A stretch of DNA of 64,000 nucleotides from positions 1-64,000 of the forward strand of contig JBGAHS010000004.1 in the NCBI GenBank assembly GCA_044226015.1, given 5' to 3'. Made by a program: the position numbers and the translations under genes. Positions within the stretch are counted from its first letter, which is position 1. Every line of letters begins with the position of its first letter. Under the pieces are notes generated by a model. It made no database searches and had not been told where the DNA came from. It saw only the letters and a program-made list of their open reading frames with translations. Shown here piece after piece: positions 26,397 through 36,719 of this stretch. This stretch comes from Candidatus Obscuribacteraceae bacterium (lineage in GTDB: Bacteria; Cyanobacteriota; Vampirovibrionia; Obscuribacterales; Obscuribacteraceae).

Positions 26397-27278
26397 TTAG
26401 TCGATTGCTTCGGCTTGTTTCGACTCCAGCAAAGCTCGTTGAGCCACTGTGGAAACGGCGGCGCGAAGCAGGGCTCCAAGCTCGTCGCTTTTTCTATAGC
26501 GTGGGGCATGCATACTTATTACTCTGTCTGTACTCAGAAATTCCAGCAAGGCTCGTTTCGCTGAGCGCTGCTCCAATGGGTTGAAGATTCCAAATGCCAT
26601 TCCGCCCATGCGTTTAACTAGTGAAAAGCATGGGATATCAGTGAGACCGTCGCCCACGTAAATCATGTTTTTGAACGGAATGCGTCGTTTAGCCGCTGGC
26701 ACATCTTTGTTTACTGCATATTTATTTTCTTCGACATGCAGGGGGCTGATGCCTTTGTTGATTTCGAAAATGTACCTTGTCTTTTCGGTGAAAGTAACGC
26801 ATTTCTTGATTTGATATATGACACCAGTGCGTGGGTGCTCTGCGAATTGGCACCCATATATAGCTGTGAAGTTTCTCTTTAGAAGCGGGATCTCAGCTAG
26901 CATGTCCTGGAGCCCGCCAGAAATTATGTAGAACTCAAGATTTATGTCTTTTGAGACAGTGGACGCGATTTCTCTAAGTTCCTTAAACAAGGAAGGAACT
27001 CCTGGGTAGAAGCTGTTTGAAAGAGTCTTTCCAAAATCGCGCAGTTTGGCGTTGGTCATCATTCCGAGTGGACGATCCTTGCCGGTGTTATCAAGGAGTC
27101 TGTTTAGATATGCAAGTGCAGGTTCATAGCCTGTCAGAAGCAAGTCTTTAACAGTGTTTCCCCAGAACTCTTCAGGGTCGATGCCATGAACTCTGACGAG
27201 CTCGGTAGTCGAGTCTGGCATCAATGTATCGTCAAAATCAAAAATCACTGCGATGTTTTTCACGCGGCATTCTCTCAA
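26397..27278 (-). CDS. HAD-superfamily hydrolase
   Basis: DFDDTL, IISGG and YVGDGLTDIP motifs. Confidence 0.88.
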   Translation of the reverse strand: MRECRVKNIAVIFDFDDTLMPDSTTELVRVHGIDPEEFWGNTVKDLLLTGYEPALAYLNRLLDNTGKDRPLGMMTNAKLRDFGKTLSNSFYPGVPSLFKELREIASTVSKDINLEFYIISGGLQDMLAEIPLLKRNFTAIYGCQFAEHPRTGVIYQIKKCVTFTEKTRYIFEINKGISPLHVEENKYAVNKDVPAAKRRIPFKNMIYVGDGLTDIPCFSLVKRMGGMAFGIFNPLEQRSAKRALLEFLSTDRVISMHAPRYRKSDELGALLRAAVSTVAQRALLESKQAEAID

Positions 27279-27482
27279 AGAGCGGCTTTCTGTCTAGGTC
27301 TTAATTGTCGCAGACAAGCAATGGATTCGTTCAGCATTAAAACAATCACAGTTTTCCCGTCCTAAAATTTCGATTGATGATCGTTGCAGAGAGGTAAGCG
27401 CAAATCGAAATTTGTTAAGCCCATTGTCGGCAGGTAGTTTTTTTCAAGCGTTGCGCGCGTGTGGACAGAATGGAGAATGAGA

Positions 27483-28853
27483 ATGTTTTTGAAGAATATT
27501 GGCAGGAAATCTGGTCGAGGAATCACGAAGGCATCTTCTGCAGTCATGACTATGCTCTTGGCACTGTCTGCGGTGAGTGCCCATCTCCCTTCAGGTGCTG
27601 CCGAAAGCAAGCTACGAATACCAACCAATAAAGTAAAAAGAACTCCGGCTCCTGTTTATGATTGCAGTCCGGACATACTTTTGATTATGCCTAATGCCTC
27701 ATCAGATAATGAAGACCTAGACAAGGTTTTGAAGGAAGCGCACGGAACCATTGTCGGTTCTATGGGTGAGGGAAAGCTGAAGTGTTTGATTTACAGAACA
27801 GAGAAGGGTCATTTTATTGATACCGAAAAGAAGTTTATGAAAGACCGTGAGCACTTCAAGTACATCTCTCGCAATTACAGATTTCGTGCCCAGCTAGTGC
27901 CAAACGATCCTCAGTTCACCAGTGAATGGCACCTCGGCGCCATCAATGCGCCCCGCGCCTGGGACACCACCATGGGGAACAGCACCAAGGTTGCAATTTT
28001 CGATACCGGATGCCAGTCTAGTGTCGCAGATCTCAGTGGCAAGACGCAGAAAGGCTATGATGCCACTTCCGCCGGAGCCCGATTGACTGTGCTGGGGGGA
28101 CCTGGACCATTAGGAGACCTTCTTGGTGGTTTAGGCGGTGAGCTCTCTAGCGGTGCTCAAACAGACGTTCAAGGACATGGAACAATGGTGGCAACTACTG
28201 CCGCTGCTTCCGCTAATAACAGTGTAAATGTAGCCGGTGTCGCACCTGGTGCCACAGTGTATCCTGTGCAAATTGCAGGTTCAAATGGCATGACCGATGA
28301 CATTGCAATAATGGCCGGTTTGCTCAATATGAGCATTACTGGCAACAGGATAGTTAATATTAGCTATGCCGCTCCTCCACCAGTGGGTTTCACGAATGCA
28401 GCATTGCATGCTCCTCTGCATGTCTATATGCAAGAGTTTCATGACCTTGAGGGCGGCTTGATTTTCATTTCTTCTGGCAATGATGGCATTTTCGACCCAA
28501 ATCCAATGGTTCCATATCTGAATGTCGTATCAGCAATTGATCCCTCAATGACGCTAACAAATTTTTCGAACTGGGGTCTCTCGACTACTTTTACTGCACC
28601 AGGGCAGGGGATAGTTTGCACCGGCCGTGATGGCAGTGTAAAGACTGTGAATGGAACCTCTTTCTCAAGCCCAATTGTTGCGGGCATTGCGGCTCTTGTC
28701 TGGAACGCGAACCCAGCCTTGCCTAATTTCATGGTTGAAAACATCTTGAAAGCCAGTTGCTTTAAAGCCGGCTCTGCACCATGGACTCCTTACTTCGGTT
28801 TTGGAATGCCTGATGCTTCTAAAGCTGTCAGAATGGCTCGTGGTGGCATCTAA
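27483..28853 (+). CDS. secreted subtilisin-like S8 serine protease
   Basis: Signal/pro-region; catalytic triad IFDTG, GHGTMVA, GTSFSSP. Confidence 0.92.
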   Translation: MFLKNIGRKSGRGITKASSAVMTMLLALSAVSAHLPSGAAESKLRIPTNKVKRTPAPVYDCSPDILLIMPNASSDNEDLDKVLKEAHGTIVGSMGEGKLKCLIYRTEKGHFIDTEKKFMKDREHFKYISRNYRFRAQLVPNDPQFTSEWHLGAINAPRAWDTTMGNSTKVAIFDTGCQSSVADLSGKTQKGYDATSAGARLTVLGGPGPLGDLLGGLGGELSSGAQTDVQGHGTMVATTAAASANNSVNVAGVAPGATVYPVQIAGSNGMTDDIAIMAGLLNMSITGNRIVNISYAAPPPVGFTNAALHAPLHVYMQEFHDLEGGLIFISSGNDGIFDPNPMVPYLNVVSAIDPSMTLTNFSNWGLSTTFTAPGQGIVCTGRDGSVKTVNGTSFSSPIVAGIAALVWNANPALPNFMVENILKASCFKAGSAPWTPYFGFGMPDASKAVRMARGGI

Positions 28854-28880
28854 GAAATTCTGTAAGTTTTTTTCACGCCC

Positions 28881-28912
28881 CCAAGAGCGCCGACGAGGCG
28901 CTCTTGTGCTTT
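28881..28912 (+). terminator. stem-loop after the subtilase gene
   Basis: CAAGAGCGCC-gacga-GGCGCTCTTG. Confidence 0.55.
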
Positions 28913-29035
28913 ATGTGCCCGGGAAGGCTTGAGGCTTTGAAGCGTTGAGTAAGCTCTAATAATGCAGCTCTCCTAATTTGCTTCCAATTGACTGTAAGTA
29001 ATTCAGTCCGAGAGAGCGGTCTAGTGTTGGAGTAG

Positions 29036-29596
29036 ATGAATCTTATGTCGATAGGGGCGAGGTCCAGAGCCAGGCAGACAAAAGGCGCTGCTATCACCGA
29101 ATTTGGTGCAGCATTTGTAGTCCTTGTTATTTTCTTGTTCGTTCCGTTAGTAAATATGAGTTTCATCGGAGTAAAGTTCTTGATTGCGCAGGGGGCTATA
29201 CAGGAGTTTGCCCATCGCCTGGCTCTGGCAGAAAAGCGCAGTGACTCATATACGACTCTGGCATCTGACGAGTGGTGGAGTGATTTTTGTTCGAAATGTG
29301 GTGTAGAAATAGAGCACAAGAAACTCAGTTTGATAGTTTGTTCCACCAATTCTTCTGAAAAGCTAAGTCTTGCTAGCGGACAAAAAGTTCCTGTAGATTG
29401 GCTTCCTGGAGGAGCAAAGGCTCCTTGTATTTACACCTATGACTTGACTGTAACTGTGTCTGTGCCGCCGATTTACTCTGGTGGACCAGCGGTTCCGGGC
29501 ATCACTTCACCTTTAGCATTTCAACTTGACGGCAGATCTGCCTGGGAGAACCTCAGCAGAAACCCAGCAAGTACGGAGTATTTTATCAATGAATAA
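29036..29596 (+). CDS. TadE-like pseudopilin
   Basis: Class III (prepilin) signal RQTKG|AAITEF with Glu at +5, followed by a hydrophobic helix. Confidence 0.75.
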   Translation: MNLMSIGARSRARQTKGAAITEFGAAFVVLVIFLFVPLVNMSFIGVKFLIAQGAIQEFAHRLALAEKRSDSYTTLASDEWWSDFCSKCGVEIEHKKLSLIVCSTNSSEKLSLASGQKVPVDWLPGGAKAPCIYTYDLTVTVSVPPIYSGGPAVPGITSPLAFQLDGRSAWENLSRNPASTEYFINE

Positions 29597-30182
29597 GTTT
29601 CTTCTATCTCTTCTCACCGTATGTGGTGTCAGTGCTGTTTCTTGCTCGATTGTTTTTGCCGCTCCACAGATTTCTAAGCCTTTTGAGTGGACCATCGAAA
29701 TCAAGACTGAATCGGTACCGCGCCAATTTCAATATAATACTTCCGGTATAAAAGACGTAGTGAAAGCTAAGATGCAGTACTACAGCATGGATCATGTTGA
29801 CGACAAAACAGATTATGAGAGTCTCTGGTATTCTCATTCTAAAGCGCTCGGTATGGAACGCCATCACAAAATGGAAATAAAGCAAGGCGATGCCGTCGCT
29901 ATTCGAGTCTTGCACAAAGACGCTTCAACAAACAATGATGAGCGCCGAGCCGCTGGCAAAGCTGTAGTAAAAGCAGTTTTAGATGCTAACCTGAATAAGA
30001 ATATGGTCGCCACAATTAAAGTGCCGTCGTCCTCTTTCTACGAAATTTCATCAGAACTTCAAAACTATCATTTTTCTCCCTCGCCTGATAGCGGCGATGA
30101 AACTCCAATTAATAGCGACATGAATCTATTTCTTGAATCGGAACCTTCCGGCATGACTCAGAGTTTTGTTCATTATAGATAG
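29589..30182 (+). CDS. secreted hypothetical protein
   Basis: ATG overlaps the TadE-like stop; signal peptide MNKFLLSLL...VFA. Confidence 0.7.
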   Translation: MNKFLLSLLTVCGVSAVSCSIVFAAPQISKPFEWTIEIKTESVPRQFQYNTSGIKDVVKAKMQYYSMDHVDDKTDYESLWYSHSKALGMERHHKMEIKQGDAVAIRVLHKDASTNNDERRAAGKAVVKAVLDANLNKNMVATIKVPSSSFYEISSELQNYHFSPSPDSGDETPINSDMNLFLESEPSGMTQSFVHYR

Positions 30183-30337
30183 AGTGAATAACAGTCTTCG
30201 ACGATGGGCTGAAGCGCTTGCGGAAGTACGCAAAAACACCGCACTCACTTACAGGTCTGCTCGGTCAAATTGAACCTCCATCCATTTACTCATTAAGAGT
30301 AGATTCTAATCAGGTTGGTTGGCTGGATGGTATTTTT

Positions 30338-30835
30338 ATGGGTTTGAGAATAGAAAATGGTGAAGCTGCAGGCTCAAAGACTTCGGCGCCTGGGGACCTT
30401 TCTCATGCATTAGTTTGTGATGCATATTCGCCTGAAGGTATATCGGGCGGCGGCAGACTTGAACTCAATCTCAGTGGACAAGCTGGAGCAGGTACAGGTG
30501 TTCAGTTGCCTGAGCTAGACCTTAGTGGTGACAAGCACGCGTTGCCGATTCCGAAGCCACTTGAGGAGACTAAAGCAAAAGATGAAGGGCTTGATCACAA
30601 GCCTATGTATAAATTGCCTCACTATCTCCTGAGCGATGAGCAAAAACATCGAATAGATACATACTTACGGCTAAACAAGCTGAATCAATATGGAGACCCA
30701 CTGGGAGCTACTTATCCTGCAGGAGATCCGATGATTGATGAGCGCACCGGTCAAAGAATGAATCGCTATGATTTTGTTCTTGCCAGAGTGAAAAAGCCTG
30801 GCTTGGACAGAGACAAATTGGTGAAGGCTGAATAG
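30338..30835 (+). CDS. hypothetical protein (N-terminal LPxLxL motif, small C-terminal domain LNQYGDP...DERTG)
   Basis: Open frame; likely ATG at 30338. Confidence 0.65.
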   Translation: MGLRIENGEAAGSKTSAPGDLSHALVCDAYSPEGISGGGRLELNLSGQAGAGTGVQLPELDLSGDKHALPIPKPLEETKAKDEGLDHKPMYKLPHYLLSDEQKHRIDTYLRLNKLNQYGDPLGATYPAGDPMIDERTGQRMNRYDFVLARVKKPGLDRDKLVKAE

Positions 30836-30948
30836 GTTTTGCCAGAGAAAGAACTGTCTCATAATTGAATTGCATTGCACACTGACAGCCTAAATTCTCA
30901 TCGTTTGTTGTTGAACTCTTATTCGCAACAAGAGAGAGAGGATGTTTT

Positions 30949-31809
30949 ATGAGCAAACGCAATCGAGGAAACATGTTGGTTCTCTCGGGTGTGCTAGTAA
31001 CTGTCAATGCGATTGGCTTATTGATCGCCAGTTCATTTGGAAGTCTTTATTTCGTGCATAATCGGCTTCAGTCAACTGCTGATGAGATTGCACTGGAAGG
31101 CGCAAGAAAGCTCAACGAACAAGACCAGCTTGGTCAGATGAACAATATGATCGCACGGTCACGGCAGCTTGTTTTTGATTCCGGAAAATCAATGGACGAT
31201 GCAAATGAGCACATGAGTCACTTGTCAGAGCTGGCAGAACAATTGCACGAGGAAGCTCGAGAGGGCGCCATGCTTATGGAAGCTGAAAGAGTAAAGCTGC
31301 GTACGATTAGCAAGAGCGAAGCGCAGGCTGCCATGCTTGATCGTTTCAATCAAATAAAAAATGGACATGCTCTGAATTTACCATGGCTGCAAGTGTCCGT
31401 TCCGGTGACACCTGTAATTACATTTGGAAAAGTCGATAAAGTTCAATCGAATGTACCGGAAATTGTGGGACTGGATGAACTCACAACAGAAGATCAGAGC
31501 AAGCAATATGTATCTAGCGATGGAAGCAAGTTGTACAAAGAAGGCATTAATGCTCACCTGCCAGGAAGTTCACATGATGGTGATCTGAATTTTTTCCTCT
31601 CCTCATTGCCTGCCCCGGTTTTGGACAGCGTTTCGCCAGCGCGCGCTGTCCTTGCCAGCAAGTTCAAGTCCAATTCTTCCGATCAACTCACTTCCGCTGT
31701 GCAAGTTGAACTTAAAGTAGGAGTTGATACCGGACTTGGTGCCTCTGCTCATAGTGATTTGAAAGCTTTGGGAACTGCAGAAGCTACCGGCGGACAAAAA
31801 ATGATGTAA
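30949..31809 (+). CDS. Tad domain (TadG-like) pseudopilin
   Basis: KRNRG|NMLVL followed by a TM helix and RLQSTADEIALEGA (Tad motif LQxAADxAALxGA). Confidence 0.78.
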   Translation: MSKRNRGNMLVLSGVLVTVNAIGLLIASSFGSLYFVHNRLQSTADEIALEGARKLNEQDQLGQMNNMIARSRQLVFDSGKSMDDANEHMSHLSELAEQLHEEAREGAMLMEAERVKLRTISKSEAQAAMLDRFNQIKNGHALNLPWLQVSVPVTPVITFGKVDKVQSNVPEIVGLDELTTEDQSKQYVSSDGSKLYKEGINAHLPGSSHDGDLNFFLSSLPAPVLDSVSPARAVLASKFKSNSSDQLTSAVQVELKVGVDTGLGASAHSDLKALGTAEATGGQKMM

Positions 31810-31821
31810 GAAATAAAAGTA

Positions 31822-31852
31822 AAAAAGTACTCTGCAAACGCGGAGTACTTTT
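31822..31852 (+). terminator. intrinsic terminator
   Basis: AAAAGTACTCTGC-aaac-GCGGAGTACTTTT. Confidence 0.65.
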
Positions 31853-32136
31853 CAGTGAAGTTTCGAGCTCGCAAATCATTTTTGATGCCAATGTAGAAGA
31901 CAAGATATATTGTCAATACTGTTTGGCAACCGCAGGGACAAGTTTGTTCTACACAAGATTTTCGCGTCTCGGCAGATTTAATTCTTACCGCAAAGCCAGT
32001 GCAAAGACTGATCTCTGAAAGCCTCTGTTTGCAGTGCATAACAGATTTCCATCTGCAGAGAAATGAAAGCTCGTGTCTTAGCTGACAATCATTCTCATTA
32101 TCTCAATACAAGGCAAACATTGTGTATATAAAGGAC

Positions 32137-32412
32137 TTATCCTTTAACGGCAGTCATTACAACCGGTTGGCGACCCTTTTGAACGTAGGCGCGAACCAAA
32201 TTTTTCACTTCGCAATTGCTGTTCGATAAATCAACAATGTACGGGAGAACCTCTGGATTGAACTCCACCTTGTCGTAAGGGGTGCCTGATTCATCAACGA
32301 ACTTGCCGCGGATCTCATAGTCGTTTTCGCACAGATGTTTCACCGTGGGGTTCACGAAATATCCAATCGTTTGACCCAACCCAGTACTTACTCTTGCTTT
32401 GACTTCACTCAT
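32137..32412 (-). CDS. small hypothetical protein
   Basis: 91-aa ORF with AAGGA RBS and globular composition; divergent from the ferredoxin gene. Confidence 0.7.
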   Translation of the reverse strand: MSEVKARVSTGLGQTIGYFVNPTVKHLCENDYEIRGKFVDESGTPYDKVEFNPEVLPYIVDLSNSNCEVKNLVRAYVQKGRQPVVMTAVKG

Positions 32413-32612
32413 GGTCTACATCATCCTTTTTGCAAATGGAAAGTATTCTTTCTCAATACCCATACGAAATTATCTCAGCATCCAAATTTCCGTCATTTGA
32501 TTCAAGAAATGTGTTAAGAAATAGGAGGTGCAAACCGGTCGTGAGGAAGTCTCACGATAGTGGTAAAAGACCTATACATCGTTACCAAACGAGAAAGAAA
32601 AGGAGACGGTAA

Positions 32613-32837
32613 ATGGCCTACACAATCGTTGCGGATGTTTGCGAAGGCATCGCAGATTGTATTCCAGTTTGTCCAGTTGAATGTATCCACTGGGCAGAAG
32701 GGAAGACAAACGTTAAGGGCACCAAGTACACCTACATCGATGATTCAACATGCATTGACTGTGGTGCTTGCTTGTCAGTATGCCCTATCGAAGGCGCCAT
32801 TCTTGACGAGTGGAAGCCAGAGCTGCAAAAGCCCTAG
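32613..32837 (+). CDS. di-cluster ferredoxin, probably 7Fe ([3Fe-4S][4Fe-4S])
   Basis: CEGIADCIPVCP (lacks the second Cys) and CIDCGACLSVCP; AGGAG RBS; resembles cyanobacterial bacterial-type ferredoxins. Confidence 0.92.
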   Translation: MAYTIVADVCEGIADCIPVCPVECIHWAEGKTNVKGTKYTYIDDSTCIDCGACLSVCPIEGAILDEWKPELQKP

Positions 32838-32857
32838 CCATTATAAGTCCCTATCGA

Positions 32858-32892
32858 AGATGGTGCCATCACATGTGGTGGCACCATTTTTC
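32858..32892 (+). terminator. intrinsic terminator after ferredoxin
   Basis: ATGGTGCCATCAC-at-GTGGTGGCACCAT-TTTT. Confidence 0.75.
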
Positions 32893-32988
32893 ATTGGGAT
32901 TTTAGCGCTTTTCCAGTAGTCGGCGGAATTTGCTTGTGCTTTTCATCTCAGGCAAGCTGAGCACAATATCCGTGAGCGCGCCGAAGAG

Positions 32989-33702
32989 CTACCCGATGGC
33001 AACTTTCCAGAATTGGTCGGCTTGAACTCTGATCTGTTCCATTCTCTTTTGAAGTTCGGCCTGCAGTTGTGTCATCTCCTCATCACTGGCACCTTTTGGC
33101 ACCCGCATGGGTTCACCGTATATGTATACGATAGGTGTTGACCACCATGGCGCCATAAAACGATCCCATGACTTCATCCACCATGTACTGCGCGCACTGC
33201 AGACAAACGGAACTATGGGTGCCTGGGTCATTTCTGCCATACGAATGACTCCAGGTTTTACTTCAAAGATAGGTCCACGCGGACCGTCTACCATGAAAAC
33301 CAGGTCCTGATTGTTCTTTACAGCATCCATTAGCTCAAGCCCGCCCTTGACGGCTCCCTGCTTCGATGAACCTCTGGCTATGCTGAAGCCCAGGCGAATG
33401 CCAGCACGAGCGATCATTTCGCCGTCACGGCTCGGACTCATCAAAATTGTTAAGCGCCGTCTTGGATGCAGCCCGAGTGCTCCGACCATGCGTCCGTGAT
33501 AGAAGGACCATATGACCGGCTTGCGGTTTTCGCCCTCTGCAAGTACCTCTTGAGCACCCGGTGCGTAAAATTTGATAATTCGATAACTTCGATCAAAAAA
33601 GCCAGTTCCGTCACTGCAGACGACTTCCAGAAAATTCATCCGAATTGTGTCCAGGATTGGAAAACGGCTGAGCAGCTCTCTGATTTTTATGCGTCGACTC
33701 AT
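32989..33702 (-). CDS. lysophospholipid acyltransferase family (DUF374) protein
   Basis: FYHGR, SPSRDGE, RGSS, VDGPRGP and SWDRF motifs. Confidence 0.88.
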   Translation of the reverse strand: MSRRIKIRELLSRFPILDTIRMNFLEVVCSDGTGFFDRSYRIIKFYAPGAQEVLAEGENRKPVIWSFYHGRMVGALGLHPRRRLTILMSPSRDGEMIARAGIRLGFSIARGSSKQGAVKGGLELMDAVKNNQDLVFMVDGPRGPIFEVKPGVIRMAEMTQAPIVPFVCSARSTWWMKSWDRFMAPWWSTPIVYIYGEPMRVPKGASDEEMTQLQAELQKRMEQIRVQADQFWKVAIG

Positions 33703-33844
33703 TGCTAAATTTCGATCCTGAACACACTTTTATGTTACATGACAATCCCCCATTCATTGCCAGTAGGGGCTATGTAGGGCATGGACATGATATTATTAAC
33801 CACTGCCTAAGAGTAAAACAAGATATCAAAGTGGAATTACAGGA

Positions 33845-34114
33845 ATGTCACTAGAAGCGAACAAGAAGCAAACAGTCATCGAAACACACAAGACACACGA
33901 CAAAGACACCGGTTCGCCGGAAGTTCAAGTCGCGATTTTGACTGAAAGAATCAATCAACTCACAGAACACCTTCGCTCACACTCAAAAGATTTTCACAGC
34001 AGACGCGGACTTTTGATGATGGTTGGAAAGAGAAGAAGACTTCTCCAATATCTGAGCAAGGAAGACCATAGTCGCTACAAAAACCTAATTGACAAGCTGG
34101 GATTGAGACGATAA
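33845..34114 (+). CDS. rpsO: 30S ribosomal protein S15
   Basis: [13 protein letters not shown]...[17 protein letters not shown]. Confidence 0.98.
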   Translation: MSLEANKKQTVIETHKTHDKDTGSPEVQVAILTERINQLTEHLRSHSKDFHSRRGLLMMVGKRRRLLQYLSKEDHSRYKNLIDKLGLRR

Positions 34115-34121
34115 GTAATTG

Positions 34122-34156
34122 CAGGCGGGCAACCATCCCGCCTTCTTTTCTTTTTG
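34122..34156 (+). terminator. intrinsic terminator between rpsO and pnp
   Basis: AGGCGGG-caaccat-CCCGCCT followed by a T-rich tract. Confidence 0.7.
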
Positions 34157-34277
34157 GGGTCAAGAATCCAAGTCCTGTCATCCCAGTCAATTTTTTTCAA
34201 TTCCAGTTTATTTGCAGACCGCCTTGGGGGTCTGTTTTTCAGTATCAGGCTGTTTTTTTTATTAAGGTTCATAGAAG

Positions 34278-36431
34278 ATGTCAATAGAAATGCAAACAAA
34301 GACCCAATCCTTTTCAATAGAGATTGATGGCAAAACAGTAGAATTCACAACCGGAAGAATGGCAAAGCAAGCCAGCGGTGCAGTCGAAGTGAAGTGTGGA
34401 GACACAATGCTTCTCGTCACTTGCACAGCAGGTAAGACACCACGCGACGGTATCGATTACTTCCCACTGCTCGTAGACTTCGAAGAGAAGCTTTATGCAG
34501 TTGGCAGAATCCCGGGAAGTTTCACCCGGCGTGAAGGCAAGATGCCCGACAAAGCGATTCTCGTAAGCCGCTTAATCGACCGTCCGCTCCGCCCTCTTTT
34601 CAACTACAACTACAGAAACGATGTAATGGTAGTTGCAATTTGTATGAGTTCAGACCAGGTCAACCCACCAGACACCCTGGCTATGCTGGGTGCTTCGGTT
34701 GCAGTTGAACTCGCATCACTTCCTTTTAATGGCCCAATCGGTGCAGTAAGAGTGGGTCGCGTTGAAGGCAGATTCATCGCAAACCCAAGCTACGAACAAA
34801 TGGAAGCTTCCGATCTCGACCTCGTCGTTGCAGGCACCGAAAGCTCGATCATGATGGTTGAAGCCGGTTCGCAAATGGTCAGCGAGCGCGACATGCTCGC
34901 TGCTATCGATTATGCTCACAACGCAATCAAGCGTCAGTGCGAAGCTCAGAATGCTTTCATGAAGCAGTTGGGCATCGAGAAGTCCAACTTCGAAGGCGCT
35001 CCAAAGAATGAAGAATTGGACCGCATCATTCGCGAAAACACCACAGAAAAGTTGAAAGCTTCCATGGACGGTGTAACCGATAAAGCTGTCAGAAATGGTT
35101 TTATTGACGAAGCAAAAGCAGCTATTAATGAAGCGATTGCCGCGTTGCCAGAAGACCATCCACTGCGTAATGAAGCAAAATTGCCGATCGCAGCAATGCT
35201 TGAAGAGTACGAAGCAGAGTTGATGCGCGCTCAGGTTCTCGAAACCGGTAAGCGTGCTGACGGTCGTAGATGCGACGAAATTCGTCCGATTACTGTTGAA
35301 GTCGGCGTTGTTCCCCGCGCTCATGGCTCGGGTTTGTTTACACGTGGCACCACTCAGGTTCTCTCAGTTTGCACTTTGGGAACAGCAGGAGATGCGCAGA
35401 AGCTGGATTCAGTCGATCCACAAAAAGAACGTCGCTACCTGCACCACTACAATTTCCCGGGCTGGTCGGTAGGCGAAGTTAAGCCTAATCGTGGACCTGG
35501 CAGAAGAGAAATCGGACACGGCGCACTCGCTGAGCGCGCACTTACAGCGGCTCTTCCAAGCATGGATGAGTTCCCGTATGTAATTCGTGTTGTTTCAGAA
35601 GTACTCGAGTCAAATGGTTCTACTAGCATGGCGTCAACCTGCGGTTCGACCCTCGCTTTGCTCGACGCTGGCGTTCCACTCAAAGCACCAGTGGCAGGCA
35701 TCGCAATGGGCTTGATACTGGAAGGCGACCGCTTCGCGATTCTTTCGGACATTCAAGGTCTGGAAGATTTCCTCGGTGACATGGACTTCAAGGTCACCGG
35801 AACCCGCGATGGTATCACCGCCCTTCAGATGGACATCAAGATTGAAGGTATCTCTCTCGACATCATGAAGGTAGCGCTAGAACAGGCTCGCAAGGGACGC
35901 ATGCACATCCTCGATAAGATGGATGCAGTCATAGACCGTCCAAGAGCTGAGCTCTCCAAATGGGCTCCGAGAATCCTTACGATCCATATTGATCCAGATG
36001 ATATCGGAACCGTCATTGGACCAGGCGGTAAGATGATTCGTAAGATTATCGAAGAGACTGGTGCAACTATTGACATCGAAGATGATGGCACCGTTCGCAT
36101 CGCGTCAGTTGAAGCCGCTGGCGGCGAAGCTGCTCGCGACACAATTATCCGCATGTTGAAGAGAATCACTGTGGGTGAAGTTTATGCCGGACGCGTTACG
36201 CGCATCATTCCAGTCGGAGCTTTCGTTGAAGTTCTGCCAGGAAAAGAAGGCATGGTCCATATTTCGCAACTCGAAAACCGTCGCGTAGAGAAGGTTGAAG
36301 ACGTTGTGTCAGTTGGACAGAGAGTCATTGTAAAGGTCAAAGAAATTGACGACAGAAACAGAGTGAATCTGACGATGAAAGGCGTTAGCGCTGAAGAGCG
36401 GGCCGCTATTGAAGGCGTCAGCAAAAACTAA
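34278..36431 (+). CDS. pnp: polyribonucleotide nucleotidyltransferase
   Basis: Two RNase PH domains (SRLIDRPLRP, SNGSTSMAS, GDMDFKV), KH and S1 domains; follows rpsO. Confidence 0.98.
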   Translation: MSIEMQTKTQSFSIEIDGKTVEFTTGRMAKQASGAVEVKCGDTMLLVTCTAGKTPRDGIDYFPLLVDFEEKLYAVGRIPGSFTRREGKMPDKAILVSRLIDRPLRPLFNYNYRNDVMVVAICMSSDQVNPPDTLAMLGASVAVELASLPFNGPIGAVRVGRVEGRFIANPSYEQMEASDLDLVVAGTESSIMMVEAGSQMVSERDMLAAIDYAHNAIKRQCEAQNAFMKQLGIEKSNFEGAPKNEELDRIIRENTTEKLKASMDGVTDKAVRNGFIDEAKAAINEAIAALPEDHPLRNEAKLPIAAMLEEYEAELMRAQVLETGKRADGRRCDEIRPITVEVGVVPRAHGSGLFTRGTTQVLSVCTLGTAGDAQKLDSVDPQKERRYLHHYNFPGWSVGEVKPNRGPGRREIGHGALAERALTAALPSMDEFPYVIRVVSEVLESNGSTSMASTCGSTLALLDAGVPLKAPVAGIAMGLILEGDRFAILSDIQGLEDFLGDMDFKVTGTRDGITALQMDIKIEGISLDIMKVALEQARKGRMHILDKMDAVIDRPRAELSKWAPRILTIHIDPDDIGTVIGPGGKMIRKIIEETGATIDIEDDGTVRIASVEAAGGEAARDTIIRMLKRITVGEVYAGRVTRIIPVGAFVEVLPGKEGMVHISQLENRRVEKVEDVVSVGQRVIVKVKEIDDRNRVNLTMKGVSAEERAAIEGVSKN

Positions 36432-36455
36432 TCGCTCATTGATCTATCAATATTT

Positions 36456-36484
36456 AGAGGGCTCTTTCGAGAGCCCTCTTTTTC
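36456..36484 (+). terminator. intrinsic terminator after pnp
   Basis: AGAGGGCTCT-ttcg-AGAGCCCTCT-TTTT. Confidence 0.88.
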
Positions 36485-36663
36485 ATGCTTACTTAAATGA
36501 TCAGCTGTGCTTCCGCCATGAGAACGAGGGTGCTATCCATTTGGATATCTAAGCGATGAGTGATGGGATCCATCCTCCTCCAGACCAGCACCGGCTCTCC
36601 TTCCCAATGAAACGGGATTCTGCAGAAGAGCTAAAGGAAATGGTCTCGAGAGCAGAAATGAAA

Positions 36664-36689
36664 GAGGGGGAGAACTGCTTCTCCCCCTG
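36664..36689 (-). terminator. stem-loop downstream of the HU gene
   Basis: AGGGGGAGAA-ctgc-TTCTCCCCCT. Confidence 0.6.
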
Positions 36690-36719
36690 CTACTACTATT
36701 TTTCTTGGCCGACCATTGA

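Noticed and set aside
32137..32412. NDH-1 accessory subunit identity for the 91-aa protein
   Set aside because: No recognisable match to Ndh subunit motifs.
34716..36424. Long antisense ORFs within pnp (likewise within metK, pepA and others)
   Set aside because: Shadow frames caused by the codon bias of highly expressed genes.
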